The notes under the pieces are model-generated. The model had not been told where the DNA came from and made no database searches. It saw nothing but the letters and a program-made list of their open reading frames with translations. Shown piece by piece: positions 13,344-29,885 of a stretch of 64,000 nucleotides of DNA. The DNA is taken from assembly GCA_951406725.2 (NCBI GenBank), contig OX597817.1, forward strand, positions 11,904,001-11,968,000, read 5' to 3'. The DNA comes from Octopus vulgaris (lineage: Eukaryota). Within the stretch, counting starts at the first letter, position 1. Each line of letters opens with the position of its first letter. A program made the position numbers and the translations under genes.

Positions 13344-13924
13344 CTGTGTGCAAGTGTGTAAATGTGTGTAGCTTGTACAATTAATGAAGTAGATGTTCGG
13401 GAAAAATACCCTCGTGTATTAATATACCTCTCAGTGGATATGGAAAGGATTGATCTCATAGCCTAGGGAACCACTCCTGGTTTGACTGCACTGAATTAAT
13501 GTAACATTTAGTTTGTTATTATTTAGCGACAATGTTTTGAGAAAAATAACACAACAAAAAAAAATTTACAAATGACGGACCTCTTCACCAGAAGACCACA
13601 CACGTATGTCACAGAATAACTACAAGCGAACTCTGGAATGTAGTTAGAAAACCCCCCACCTAATTTCCTCAACCTGACCCCAGGCTTTAACATTGCATCA
13701 TCGAGAGCCAGTAGGTCGGCATATAAATCCAACTTAAATTGCGGAAGTCGACAAATCTTAGTGTTTAAGAGAAAGTCGGAATCTAAAATTACACCCGTAC
13801 GACTAATAACAAAACCAAGATGGAAAAAAAAAAGAATTTTAATGCAAAGAAAGAAATGAAGAACTCATGAATTCATCCACATTAAGAACAACAACAACAA
13901 CACGAACAACACTTATATTTATTT

Positions 13925-13942
13925 ACTACTACTACTACAACA

Positions 13943-14000
<58 letters not shown>
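13925..14000. repeat. (ACT)n microsatellite
   Basis: Direct reading. Confidence 0.95.
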
Positions 14001-15499
14001 TAAAATAGAGCAAACAACAACAATGATAATAAAATGAACCAAAGAAGGCGGCATCTAACTGGTTGCTCAATTTGCTGGAGATAGCAGTCGAGCATCCCTC
14101 AACTCAAACCATTTAGTCTTGAAGATGGAAGGCCATATTGGATAACGTGACCTTAAACCCAACATTCTTAATATAATATGGAATAGTCTATCTGCATAAA
14201 TCAAAAGCAGTCATGGATTACTGGGATGAACTTCCCAGGGATATATATACAAACTTTAAATTTTCTTACCAAAGTCGACCTGCATAAATCTAAACCAGTA
14301 TATTTTAATCTTTTTTTCAAAAATACTTTCTCATATATTTTTCTAATTTTCAAACAATATTCGATATATTATAAAAACTTTATCTTCTCCATCTCTGACG
14401 AACGGTATTGTCTATCAATGTGTATCAAAAATGGATTCCATAATGATGACAATACTTTCATGAAATGATCGTAAGATGCATTACTTAACAAATTTTTAAA
14501 CTGCCATGTTTCGTATATTTACAAATATTTTTGATACAATACTATTTCAGACATATATATCTTCGTGAGAAATTTTTTTGATATTAAATTTCATGCTATT
14601 ATTTCAAAATACAGTATAATATGGAATAGTCTCAGATGGAACGCTGCTGATGATAAACAGCAAGAGCACCGATATCATCACCAATTTTACAAAGAATTTG
14701 ATGCGTCTAATATCAGCGGAAGATGTCTGGAGCTATCATTGCATTTACCAAAACCAGACTCACTCCCCACCATATGTGCTCCTTTAATTATTAATCACTT
14801 TGAATTTTGGCGCTATCTTTTTTGCTTTTTATGGCAAAAAATTTCATTAAGGCTAATGATTTTTTCATTATGTGTGTAACTACAATTAACTAATTGATTA
14901 AACATTATTTTGGTTCACTACATTAGGTGTTAAAACCCACACTGAACGAGCATTGTACATGTATGATTATTATTGTTACCATCCATCAGTACTGGCAACA
15001 TCAGAAATCATTATTTATCAATGTCATTACGTTATGAGCAGGATGCACTGAAAACAATACTACAACTGCTGATAACATTACCATGAAAACAAATATTATC
15101 CCTACACCAAAAGAATAACGACCGTAATATCAAAAATAACAACTATTACTACGACTACAACTGCTAACTCGATAGCCGCTGTCATACCGCCATAACATTT
15201 CTGACAGCTATATAAACTATAGCACGTTCAATGTCACAACTAACACTTTAAATCCTGGGTTTCGTGTTTATTTGCATGTGGGTGGGTGGGTGTAACAAGG
15301 ATGGGAAAGAAATAGCGAGAGGAAGAAAGATAACTTGACAGATAGACAAGAAGAGGAGAGAGCGAGTGGTTTAGAAACTGAAACAGATAAAGAAAAGAAG
15401 AAAGAAGGCTTCTAGAGAAAAGTCGTGGTCTGAAAACGAAGGAGTTAGATTACGTTGTGTTACCTTTCTTCCCAAATAAGAAAATCAATATTTATTTGT

Positions 15500-16660
15500 C
15501 TACCGCAAATATATATTGCCCTTAGTGAGTATGGTAAAGCAAGAGCTGAATTTTTATCTTGCTGAAACTGTCGCACATTCTTTATTTTCTGATGAGGGCT
15601 AGAATTTAGCTTAGTAGGGAGGAATGGGTTATGATGGGTTATGTCTATGATCATCCTGAGAGTGGTGCAACTGTTGTAGTTTAAACATAGATTGAACATC
15701 TGTAAGTTTACGTCCGCAGAAAATACGTCAGTAATAATGGACTTCCAAGAGGTTGGTATTCTCAGTGAAAAGGATTGGGCGATTAGTTAGGGTGGGGTTT
15801 TGATGAAACAGCATGGATAATGAATGAGGTGAGAAGAAACGAAGTTTTTTTTTTTGGCGGGGTTTAGCTTTAAAACTTAAGAAACCACTATGTTCAGTGA
15901 AGCATTGGCTGCTGTACGGGTAATAAAGTGAGTAGAGAAATGCAACTAAGATTGTAATTTGTTTTTCTGTCTGTTTGCCAATCAGCTGGACAGCCTTCTT
16001 TTGGGTATCAACTATGATGTTTATTATTATGTTAGCTTCGTTGTATTAGACACGAGAGAAGTATTCCATTGTGTATCTCGCGAGCATCATGTAGTTAGTA
16101 GTTCGTTAGAATTGAATATGCCTTAGAGCTTCACCAGAAGGATTCATATTTGGAATACCGTTTTCGTTATTCTGCGTTGGTGAAGGACACTAGGGAAGCA
16201 TTGGTAGAGCCTTTAGTAATCTTAGTCATTAACCAACCAAGTCCATAGAGGGTATATTATAAAGTTGTTTCTTCATATGATCATTATGGTGCAGGTGAAA
16301 ACGAATAAATTAATATATCATCGAAATACTTCTTTCAGACTTTTAGCAATAAATAGAAGTGGTGCAGGTACTGACGTGAGATGTATAGAGTCATGTGGAT
16401 GATGTGTGTATGCAGAAGATGAAGGAAGATGAAGAGTCTGTCGTCTGCATAACAATGGGCATGTTTAGAGATGACTTTAAACAAATGGTATATCATTAAA
16501 TGTATTGCCGAAAAGAATGTGAGGAACATAGCCGAGCCTCAAAACACACCAGAGTGAATAGATTGTAAATTAGAGATACCTCATAGAGGCTACTGTGAGA
16601 GCAAGATCTAAGTGTTACTTTGCATTGATTCCTCTACACCCCAATATACGGTGCATCTTG
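15500..16660 (-). mobile_element. Highly decayed LINE reverse transcriptase remnant
   Basis: HCYADD in ORF 16335-16529 preceded by a GV..GSA-like segment; extent uncertain. Confidence 0.4.
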
Positions 16661-16706
16661 GGCATTTTTAGACCACAGCTGATTTCTTCCTAAAAAAGCA
16701 GTATAA

Positions 16707-16740
<34 letters not shown>

Positions 16741-17541
16741 AGGAAGGAAGGAAAGAAAGAAAGAAAGAAAGAAAAAGAAGGAAGGAAAGAAGAGAAAGTG
16801 AAAAAAATATGGTATCTACTTATTGACCCTAAAGAATGAAAGGCGAGGTTGATCTCAACAGTAGTTGAATTCAGAGTGCAAGGAACCAAAGTGATTAATG
16901 TAAAATCAACTTCTCGACATTCTTATAACACTGTCAATTGAGCATCTTAGAGGGGTGAAATAGGAAGCTTCAATCTAAGAGATGATATTACTTACATTAC
17001 GAATTACATTAAGAAAATATAATAATCGGCACATCTGCCCTAAAAATACAGGTTTGTCTCAGATACTTTGGAGAACAAGTATAATTACAGGAATATTACG
17101 AGAGTTTGCTATATTTAAGGATATTTCGATCAACCACAGCACCTCAGATTTAGAAGGGGAATGCAAGAAAAGTGTATTATAAGCGTGAGCAGTTCTAATG
17201 TCTAGTCACTTGCCTGGCTGCATTCTCTGTTGTTGCGGTCTATAAAACAAGACTTGCAGTCATTTACAAAGAAAAAAACAACAAAAAAACACGAAGTTGG
17301 TGTATGAATAATGGACGAAGCGTTATACATTTTCTCTATAACTTTCACTTTAAAACTTTTTTTCCCATTCTTTCAACGTTAACCTATTATATCAATTGTG
17401 AACGTTTTTGGGACTTCGAGAGTTTTCTTTTTTGCATTTGATTTTGTATTTTGTTGTGGATTCCCCTATTCCCGTGTATATATTTAAAGATAGATTAATA
17501 AATAAATAAATAAATAAATAGATAGATAGATAGATAGATAC

Positions 17542-17616
<75 letters not shown>

Positions 17617-17666
17617 TGAATATATATAAGTATGCGTCAATATTCGTGCGTATGCATATGTATGGA

Positions 17667-17768
<102 letters not shown>

Positions 17769-18012
17769 ACAAGCGCGCACGCACGCACGCATAACACACA
17801 GAGACAAATTAATGTTTTTTGAAATGGATGAGAAATTGAGGTTAACATTCCACATAGAAGGGGATTAGAGAGGTATGTGAAGTAGGTACAAATAGAATTG
17901 AATGAGACTCACTTTCAGTTCACCGAGAACCTACAGCGGTGTTATAATAATTGGGAAAACAGATATGCATATGACAAGGCTTGCAGAATCATAATAGTCA
18001 TCACACACTGAT

Positions 18013-18460
<448 letters not shown>

Positions 18461-18571
18461 TATATATATATATATGTGTGTGTATGCGTGTGTGTGTATG
18501 TGTGTTGTATGTATGTATATATGTATATATATATATATGTCTATATATATGTATATATATATGTGTATGTA

Positions 18572-18625
<54 letters not shown>

Positions 18626-18627
<2 letters not shown>

Positions 18628-18672
18628 GATGTTAATTTAGCCTTTTTAGGCTTAATTGAAACAGCTGTAAAG
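18626..18672 (+). ncRNA. Degenerate hammerhead-like motif in a ~120-bp island between (TA)n tracts
   Basis: TTGATGT-t-AATTTAGCCT-tttt-AGGCTTAATT-GAAA-CAGCTG-TA. Confidence 0.5.
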
Positions 18673-18738
18673 GACTATGTTTGATTTTAGCAGATAATAA
18701 ATTTTTATTAAATGCTATATCTCCATTTTCTAATTTTC

Positions 18739-18808
<70 letters not shown>

Positions 18809-19095
18809 TTATTATATATATATAAGAATTTCTCTCCACAAGCTTCCTCTTCCGTCTTAAAATATAGAAGAGAACAAACTATATAATGTACTTCTAAAAA
18901 CGTCCAACGAACGGATTGATCACGGCTGGAATACTTTAGACATATGTGTGCTCATTGGAATTGATCTGGTCCTTTAAAATACATATATACCTACAGCCTT
19001 GTATCTTACTTCCTCTCTCTTAGTCTCTTCCTCCCACTCTCTCTATCTCTCCTTCTATCCCCTCTCTCTATATCTCCTTCTTCGCCTCTCTCTCT

Positions 19096-19136
<41 letters not shown>

Positions 19137-19138
<2 letters not shown>

Positions 19139-19432
19139 TGTGATATATCTCGGTTTTGCAAAAGCCTTTGATAAGATTTATCATGGGATGATATGTCACA
19201 ATGTACGGAGACTTGGCAGAGTAAGAAAACTGTGAGAGTGGTTACACGACTCCTTAACAGACAAAAGCCAGGCGATGGCAGCCAATGTGACCCTCTCCAA
19301 GGAGAGTGATAGAGAGTGGAATGACTCAGGGGACTGTGCTGGAGCTACTGCTGTTTATGGTAGCTCTCTCGGATGATATGCCATCAGTCACGCAGACAGC
19401 ACGCTTACCAACCCTGCCGACGACACAAAATG
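19137..19432 (+). mobile_element. CR1-like RT fragment related to 10182-11678
   Basis: DVIYLGFAKAFDKIYHGMICH, QGTVLELLLFMVALS, ADDTK. Confidence 0.85.
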
Positions 19433-20223
19433 GTACAAGCTTCTTACAACTTCCTCAACCTTTTCAAGCATTAGGTTAGTGTAGCCCTTGTTGAGTGGTG
19501 TTGTAGACCTTGTTGAGTGGTGTTGGTGCATTCCTAACTGAGTAGTCAGTATCGAAAAGATTCACTGTGCTAGGAAATACACTTGTATAAGCGCAGCACT
19601 CGAATACTATCACTAGTACGTCCAATCTACAATGTGTAACAAGAAGCGGCAATAAACCCTCAATCGGGGAGACTATGTTTGTATTACGTTATACAATTCA
19701 ACAAGCAGGGAGAAAATATAATTTAGGTAAGTGCCGTATTTACACTATAATAAGTATATCACAATTATTCATATGCAGGTTACCAACAGTTTCATGTAAG
19801 ATGTAGGTCCCACATTAGGCTTGTGGATAAGAAATGGAATATTCGAGATTGCTACTAATGAAATTACATGTGAGATTAGAAAATATTCAGAGAAGCTCAT
19901 TTTATTATAGAGAAGAAACCCACGAGGCAGGAACCGGAATTCTGTAAATTGTTTACTTTGATTTTCTGTTTCACCAGAGCCTAGCGGTTCGACAAGATAA
20001 GTATCATACTTTAAAAATAATACTGGTGTCAATGATCGATTAAACCTCTTCAAGGAAACCCTCTAAGACGCCCTCATGCAGTGACTGAAAGAAGTAAAAT
20101 ATAAAAGGATATATATACAAAAATATAATTGGTTATTGAACACATTCTTTGACTTTAACGGAAGTTAAATTACATATGCCTGTGCGTGGTCGATTGTGTG
20201 TTAAGATACATGTATGCATATAC

Positions 20224-20261
<38 letters not shown>

Positions 20262-20269
<8 letters not shown>

Positions 20270-20437
20270 AGAATTCACAAAAAAAACAGAAGACGAGGAA
20301 AAGAGGTGTAGATAACAAACAAATGTATTAGTTTAACGCTCGGGAAGTGAAAGATTCTTTAACGTTTCGAGCCTACGCTCTTCCACAAAGAGAAACAAGG
20401 AGAGAAAATAAAGTGTGTGTAGTGGCTAGCGATCCAT
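20262..20437 (-). mobile_element. Second copy of the hammerhead-like short repeat at 9925-10112
   Basis: TTAACGTTTCGAGCCTACGCTCTTCCACA is the reverse complement of the 9989-10017 motif; flanked by (TA)n. Confidence 0.7.
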
Positions 20438-20756
20438 CATCAGGAATATATATATATATATATATATATATGTTGCTACGATCAACAGCCCTCTACTACT
20501 AACCCCAACTACCACCAAGGTTGCCAAAATTACGACCAACTACTACGACCATCAATCACTACTGTTGCTACCATTGGAACACAAGGTAACAAAAAAGCGG
20601 TTCCTTTCAATACCAGCAAGAAAAAATAATGGACTTCTTCAATACACTCAACAGGAATATAGCGATTATACCAACTACCGACAAAACACCACCACATGGA
20701 TTCTATTGAGAATAGTAAGAAACGATTATGAACTTTTCAATTTTCACTTTGTATAA

Positions 20757-20802
20757 TATTTTTGATAAGGTTCGTTTTTTCAAGAACCGAAACATGTAAA
20801 AT
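20757..20802 (+). ncRNA. Degenerate hammerhead-like motif
   Basis: TTGATAA-GGTTC-loop-GAACC-GAAA-CATG-TA-AAAT; ~60 bp upstream of (TA)n. Confidence 0.55.
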
Positions 20803-20862
20803 TCATAAGAAAATTAAAATTTATCTAATATAGCGGCGTTTTCAAACTTCTCTTTTACATAT

Positions 20863-20925
<63 letters not shown>

Positions 20926-21039
20926 GCTTGCATATGAGCCCAGGTAAAATAATGCATCAGCACACGCGTATGTTTACATTCATAGCACATTTTTGTTCAA
21001 GCAAGATAGAAACGTCAGTCAGGTGATACCTACACAAAA

Positions 21040-21101
<62 letters not shown>

Positions 21102-21461
21102 GGAGAGAGAGAGGAAGAGAGATTGGAAAACGGACAGGCTGGCGGATAGATAGCCAGATAAATAGATTGACAAATAGATAACTGTAAAGCAACACAAGTA
21201 CGTACATATATTGCTTAAATGGTTTTTACTAATAACATTATTGTGGTTTTTCGGCAGAAGTTGTCAGTATTATTATTATGCTGTTACATTCATACAGATC
21301 TGTGTCGTGCACCCATTTGTCCTCGTTACTATTGCAGCTGTTGCAATATATTTTAGGAAAACATTTGCAGTGTGGTTAAATGACGTCTTGCATCAAACAG
21401 ATAAACGCCCTTTTTTCATAAGACGGCATCAGAATATGTTTGTGCGCATGGGATTATGGAG

Positions 21462-21502
<41 letters not shown>

Positions 21503-21902
21503 CTCTCTCTCCCTCTTACACGCATATTTGTATACATACATACATACATACATATAGTGTTCGTGAAGGTAGCATATATATTAATATTTAATTCAGAATA
21601 ATTCAGTAATATATTGTTGTTGGGTCGGCAGAGCATAAAAGACAATTAGCCGATGGATTGTGTCATGGAAGATTCACCATAGCAAGCATTCGACATCCTT
21701 GACCTTCAACCTAACTATCAAATAAAAATCTTCTTTCACCTCAATTGTTAAATGCGCAGACTTGTCTTGATTGAGTCCGATGTCGTATATCATCACTACG
21801 ACACTTCCCCTGCTGTTCCTTATTAAAAGAAATTAAATATACACAGCAAATAATATATAAATAGACCTCCGGTTTTTTAATATATCTCCAGACGTTTATG
21901 AC

Positions 21903-21957
<55 letters not shown>

Positions 21958-22424
21958 AAGAGAGAAAGTGAGAGAGAGAAGAAGAGAGAGAGAAGAAGAG
22001 AGAGAGAGAGAGGGAGAGATTGACGCGTGCTGAAAATTAATAAACATACGTTTTGGGTGTTAAAACTGTTGGAAGCTCTTCTAATACATTATACTCATAC
22101 CTACCCACACACAAACACACGCACGCATGCACACACACACACACACACATACACGTCCGCATATAGTTTTACTGGATATACAAGTGGTAATCCGCAAGTA
22201 TTCGCAGAGTTTATACAAAGGAATTTTAATACGAGAAAATGGAATGAACAGGCTCTATAAGAATTTACTTCAGTTTTTTCGGTGCATCACTAGCAGCTGG
22301 TAATTGCCGAAAGTTATATATGCATTATAAACCTTATTGCATTATATATATATAAATTTTTTTTTCGTAATGCGATAAAAAAAAACCCCCAAGGCTGTGT
22401 AGATTATAAAACATTTATAGATAG

Positions 22425-22471
22425 GTCTTACAGCTCTTTCCAGGATATTTATTATATCCCTTCATCGGAAA
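22425..22471 (-). ncRNA. Degenerate hammerhead-like motif in probable Penelope-like fragment (~22370-22865)
   Basis: Minus strand CCGATGA-AGGGATAT-aataa-ATATCCT-g-GAAA-GAGCTG-TA; stem III is one base from the ACAGCTGT palindrome seen at 18661. Confidence 0.55.
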
Positions 22472-22865
22472 TGGTATGAGAGGATGGTTAAGCAATAGTT
22501 AATTTAGATAGGATACGAAATAGAGAGTGAGGTGGAGGAATGAAAATAGATGTGAGATAGGTAGAGGTATTGTATTCGTAGATCCATTATTTAAGCAGAA
22601 TGGTATACATATAAGATTCCAGTACCTTGTGAGTAAAATCCAAGAGAATTTAAAACTGGTCATTCCAAGTATAAAGTTTATACACAGTGTTATTGAGTCA
22701 AGGGTTTTATTTAAAGTGACCTAAAAGTAGGGAATGTATTAGTAGGGTCAAATCGAAAACAGGAAGAGAGGAATAAAGGAGAGAATGAAAAAAGAAAAAC
22801 AAATATATAGATAAGGGAAAGTACCTGACACCTTTGGGTCTCAATGACACCATTAACTCTTATAG

Positions 22866-23767
<902 letters not shown>

Positions 23768-23973
23768 TATTACGTGATCACGTGACCGACCAGACTATCA
23801 GATGTTACTACACATCGCTGGTCACAATGCGTGTATGTGTGTATGTATGTGTGTGTTTGTGTGTGTGTAACCGCGAAATTCTCTTAATGTATATAGGTAT
23901 TTTAAAATGTTTGTATAGGTGCATATATGTGTTTGCTTATATTTAAACGTGTATGCGTGTACATACATACACG

Positions 23974-24008
<35 letters not shown>

Positions 24009-24247
24009 TTATGTATATCGAGAGAGAGAAAGAGAGACAGAGACAGAGACAGACAGACAGACAGACAGAGAGGAGCAGTATTAATACCAAGAGGTAAAAT
24101 ATTCATCACTTAAAAGTGGATATTGTATTAGCACACACAAATACTGCGATATTTACCAAGGGAGAAAAACTATGATTTTTCGATGCATGAATGCTCATCT
24201 TAGCTATCGCCAACGACAGACAGTCACTGCTACTTCCGCTGCCAGGA

Positions 24248-24294
24248 CTACCAGGTCACGTAATTTCGGCCTCTTTTGGCCTTGTCAGTGGTAG
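24248..24294 (-). ncRNA. Type-I hammerhead-like motif with two core substitutions
   Basis: Minus strand CTACCA-CTGACAA-GGCC-aaaaga-GGCC-GAAA-TTACGTGA-CC-TGGTAG: 6-bp stem I, 4-bp stem II, near-palindromic stem III. Confidence 0.7.
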
Positions 24295-24333
24295 ATACCT
24301 GACCGCAGAAAATAGCAGTAATTGTGTGTGTAT

Positions 24334-24374
<41 letters not shown>

Positions 24375-25438
24375 TATGTGTGTGTGAGTGCTTGTATGAT
24401 GTGTACAGTTGTAAGCTGATATAGATACCCGCATAAAAGCTTACCGACATTAATTTTTCATTAGCTTATATACTTCTTCATTTTAACAACCTCTAAATTA
24501 TAATTCAGTCATCAAACCCGAAACCATTTTTTTCCATAACCTTGTACTAAAGATATATGGAAATCACTTATATTTACATTTATCGAACGGGAAATTGATC
24601 CATTCAAAACTGGCCACCAAAAAGAAAAAGAAGAAAAAGCTCTTAAAAAATATAGAAAAGACGGAAGGATGATATAAAACTGTTATCAGACAGAACAACG
24701 TAACCCGGAAGTAACTACCAATGACTTTACAGTGACAGATGCCAAGAGGTCAAAATCTAACATGAATACAGCAGACCCAGAATATGAAAGATACCCTGAG
24801 GCCTTTAAGCACTGGCCATTAACTAACTTTCATGCTTTACTGTGAAAGTGTCACAATGACTAGACAGGATTTGTGCAGTGAAAATATTCTCGATGCCTCT
24901 TGAAATACGAGATGATGAAATTTCAATCTTTTGTATCTCTAAATTGTTAAAAATATTTATTTCAATTCAGCTTTAGATCAAGTCATTTGCCAGAGAAGCA
25001 CAACTTCTGAAATACTGAAGCACACGTGCATACAGACACACTCGCACACATACACATACACACAAACAAACACACACACACATACACACACACGCACGCA
25101 CAATCACACACACGCACACATGCACACACATATATTATTTTTTGGGAATATCTCGAAGCACACAAATGAAGTCGATATTTTCTATCTAAAAGAGTTTTTA
25201 ACCCAATATTTACATGATGTTATTATTTATAGGTTTAAGTGTCTGCTTCGAGATATTCCAAAAGAGAATTAGTTCACGTTCTCTCGAAAGCATATAAAAT
25301 TCTTGTGTGTATAGATAGATAGATAAATAGATAGAAAGACAGACAGGCAGGCAGACAGGTAGACCGGTAGGCAGACATACAGACAGGCAATCAGCCAGAC
25401 AGAGAGACAGATAGACAGACATATAGATAGATGGATAA

Positions 25439-25601
<163 letters not shown>

Positions 25602-25705
25602 TAATGTAGGAGATGTAAAACTAATGAAAATGAATTTTACATAATGCCAACATTATCAGTTATAAAGCTCATTCCATTGTATAGGGTAGATAGATATATA
25701 CATAA

Positions 25706-26217
25706 CTAGCAGTATCACCCGGCGTTGCTCGGGTTTGTAAGGGAAATAACTATATAAGCATTTTTAGAGAGTTACTTCCCTTATAGATGCCAATTCGGGC
25801 TTTCTTAGCCATTTCTGTTTTGGTGTCTTCAAGCCATGAAGTCGTTGTTCTAAAAGAACGCTGGTCTCCTTGACAACGCTTTACGACGTTTATTTCCTTA
25901 CACTCCCTTCCCCACAGCTTCACGAGGGAGGGAAGAAGGAGAGAAGCAAACAGGTGCAGGTGTGACTATGGACGCCAACTCCGCCGCCATCGACACACGA
26001 AAAATTATACATTAAAATGGAATAAAAAATGATGTTAAATTATTTTTAAAATCGTAGACTCATTGTAGACGCGCGCTAATACTCAGACGGGCTCGATATG
26101 AATCACGACTATAAGAAACCCGAATTTGGTTAAACTGCACCGCAAAATGTGGGAGTAGTTAGGAATCTAAATCGAAGGGGACAGACACTCACACAACTAC
26201 AGTTTTATATATATAGA
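25706..26217 (-). mobile_element. Non-autonomous Helitron, near-identical to 1498-2010
   Basis: Same TC / hairpin-CTAG termini and A|T site; only scattered substitutions. Confidence 0.9.
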
Positions 26218-27396
26218 TATCAGAATTTGCCAGTCTATCGTGTTTGGCCTAAAAGGACATGTCCAATGAATCGATGAACTATGTACCTGTCGTGGCTACC
26301 TTCTACACTTCGGCACCTTCAGAGCGAATGTCACTTCAAGGCAGCAAACTCTTCGGAAATTTATTAGTAGCAGAAAATCAATTTCACCCCTGATCAATAA
26401 CAGTCACCTAAGCATGTGATTGAAGTCTCCCACGCTCAAACCTATACAGATAATATCACTCTTTGCTTCTCCTTAACCTTGAAACGGGTCTGTGTTTAGC
26501 CCCTTGTGGGTAGTAAAGAAACAGATACTAACATTCAGCGTATACTTGTAATAACTAATTTGCACTGCTTTCAATAACCTTAAAAACACACTCCAGTGGA
26601 GCTACAACTATGCAGAATTCCTCAACGTGGTAACTGATTTCTTCAAAATTGCTGCCGGATCTTACGTAATGTTTTAACATACGAGAACACAATGGGCAAT
26701 ATGTTCTTGGCTATTTAAAAGAAAATGTGTTGGCTACGGTTGGAATGTCTCTGATTATAGGTCTGGCAACTAAAATAGTTATGTACCGTTGACAAAACAT
26801 AGAACCCTGACCATAAAGGGTAAAACCCTGAAAAAAAAGCATTGTGCTTATGCGAACGTTTCGACAAACAACACTGACAGAGAATTCATGTAGCATACAT
26901 TAAAAAGTGGTAGGTACATTCATAGTTGTTCCTACCGTCATTGACACTGTAGCGCAATATTCCATTTTGTAAACATATTTAGAAATCGGTGTATAAATAT
27001 TAGACTCCCAGCATTACATGACACTCCAGTGCTTATAGCATCAATCCAGGAAATGCGAACTCTGCCTCACAGAGAAAGTTTATATATTCGTTACGCAATA
27101 ATTTAAGCAAGTTGCTTTGAACTACCGACAAATGCATAGGATCGTACCTATAAATTTTAAGATAGTCCCTACTTCCATATGATGAATGGCAATGGATATT
27201 AGCGGGCATGTGGCCTTATAAAAACAGTGTGTGCATTTTTTTCATTCACTCATTATCAATTATTTATCGATCTACTCATAAATACTGAGAACGATTACGC
27301 TGATTGCACGCAACTTTCAGATCCCAGATATATAATCCAACCTAACTTTTGCTTTTGTTGTGATGTAAGTGTATATTGTGTATACACACATACACA

Positions 27397-27431
<35 letters not shown>

Positions 27432-27612
27432 TATATATTATATTATATGCGTGTGTGTATACAAGAACGTTTATTTGTACGACTCTTCGCAGTGATATAT
27501 GCGTGTATACATGTTTATATATATATATATATACACATACATACATACATACACGCACACTTATGCATACATAAAAACATAGATACACGTACGCGCACAC
27601 ACATGCACACGC

Positions 27613-27680
<68 letters not shown>

Positions 27681-28319
27681 CAAAGGCAGAGGGTGAGAGA
27701 GGTACTTATACACATGTAATATATGTTTATGTGTAAAATGAAGATGTTTACATTATGTGTGTGGTATAGTTGTTATTGGGTCTGTGAAAAAAGTGTTCCC
27801 CAATTCACACATGCAGAAGCAAAGAAAAGGTGGGCCGTAGTTAAGTGAATACTATAAATAAACCATCTGTTTGCTTGTGTAGTTGCCCATAGGGACCTGT
27901 AGTGGGAACATCAGACATGCTTACTTTCATCAGATATTTATTCCTAATTTATTCTGCCAACACTGGGGAGTTAACTTGCATAATAAATACATAAGTATAT
28001 AGATAAATATATGCGTATACGCGAGCACACATACACGAAAAGTACGCATACACACAGAGAGAAACTCGAACATATACGTACGCACAAGTACACAGACACA
28101 CACACATAACGCACACACATATATACGAATGTGAGCGTGTATCTATACATGCGAAAAACATTTGTATTTATTAAATTCATACACAGATATGAGTATTAAA
28201 ATACACACTTACACACAAACGCAAGAGTTCAGTATGTATGTATGTATTCATGTATGTATGTATGCCTGTATATGTGTGCGCGTGTATGTGTATGCATAAT
28301 AGAGGTATATGTACGTGCC

Positions 28320-28363
<44 letters not shown>

Positions 28364-28369
28364 CGTGTA

Positions 28370-28451
<82 letters not shown>

Positions 28452-29129
28452 TGTGTGTGTGTGTGTATTTTACTCTTGAAATATTGAAGACCATTTATTT
28501 ACAAACATTGCTCTCGCTCTTGCCGGGTTTGTTGCTGTTGCGGAGGAATATACATATGTAATATTTATAGATACATGTATTTGAGAAGGTGTTTTTATAA
28601 AGTAGTTATTATCTTCGCGCTGTGAGAGCTAATCTAAACTAATGCACAATGAGAAATTTCTGAAGACAAGAAAACACACTGTATAGCATTAAGAAAAAAA
28701 GTTATAAAAATATGTGGAATTTAACACTACTTCCATTGTAACTTGATCACCCTTGTTATAATGAATGTAATTAAATTAAACGTATGAGGAAGTATATAAT
28801 ATCATGCTAATATTATTCTCATGAAGTGTGGTGGACTGGCAGACATTTTATAGTGTCATAAGAAATGTTTTGCTGTATTTCTTCCGCTCTTAGTTCAAAT
28901 CATGCCGTGGTCAAATTTTTCTTTTATTTCTCCAAGTTCAATGGAAATAAAGTATCTTTCTCATATGCAATGGTATCGACTAACTTCTCTTCAAAATTGT
29001 TGGCATTGTGCCCAAATCAGAAACCGATATTACTCTGTTGAAATATATAAATATGGAGGCACATTACAATTTGTTTATAACGTGTGCCTGTGCGTTTATG
29101 TACAAACATATATTAACTGCATTGCTGTG

Positions 29130-29164
<35 letters not shown>

Positions 29165-29466
29165 TCATTATTCAATTTTCTTAAACTGTTCTCAGTTCTG
29201 TATAACTCCTATGAAACAGAAAATAACCGCTTATCTCTTGAAGGAACGGTTTACACTTGAAATACAATTATATCGAGGAAATTTTGAATCATGTGTTATA
29301 CTCTATGCAAGGTGAGTGGATGTGACGAGTTGTATTAGCTGACAATTTATCTTTATTATTTCTTTCTTTCTTTCTTTCCAATGATTACTAATGATGTTAT
29401 TTCTTGAACTTACAACAAAATTACGACCAAATTCGGCAAGAGAAAATCTTTTTCCAGTTCCAGAAT

Positions 29467-29885
29467 TCTTTTATCTTTTATCTTTTACTTGTTTCAGTCA
29501 TTTGACTGCGGCCATGCTGGAGCACCGCCTTTAGTCGAGCAAATCGACTCCGGGACTTATTCTTTGTAAGCCCAGTACTTATTCTATCGGTCTCTTTTGC
29601 CGAACCGCTAAGTGACGGGGACGTAAACACACCAGGATCGGTTGTCAAGCAATGCTAGGGGGACAAACACAGACACACAAACATACACGCACACACATAT
29701 ATATATATACATATATACGACAGGCTTCTTTCAGTTTCCGTCTACCAAATCCACTCACAAGGCATTGGTCGGCCCGGGGCTATAGCAGAAGACACTTGCC
29801 CAAGATGCCACGCAGTGGGACTGAACCCGGAACCATGTGGTTGGTTAGCAAGCTACTTACCACACAGCCACACAGCCACTCCATA
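29467..29885 (-). mobile_element. SINE family A, young full-length copy
   Basis: Nearly identical reverse complement of 30969-31400. Confidence 0.9.

Noticed and set aside
15590-15620. CTGATGA followed by a hairpin as a hammerhead
   Set aside because: No GAAA strand after stem II
21672-21820. Minus-strand 47-codon frame (NSRGSVVVMIYDIG...)
   Set aside because: Weak splice signals and no recognisable homology
24689-24845. Short non-repetitive open frame (TEQRNPEVTT...FHALL*) as an exon
   Set aside because: Weak acceptor and no recognisable homology
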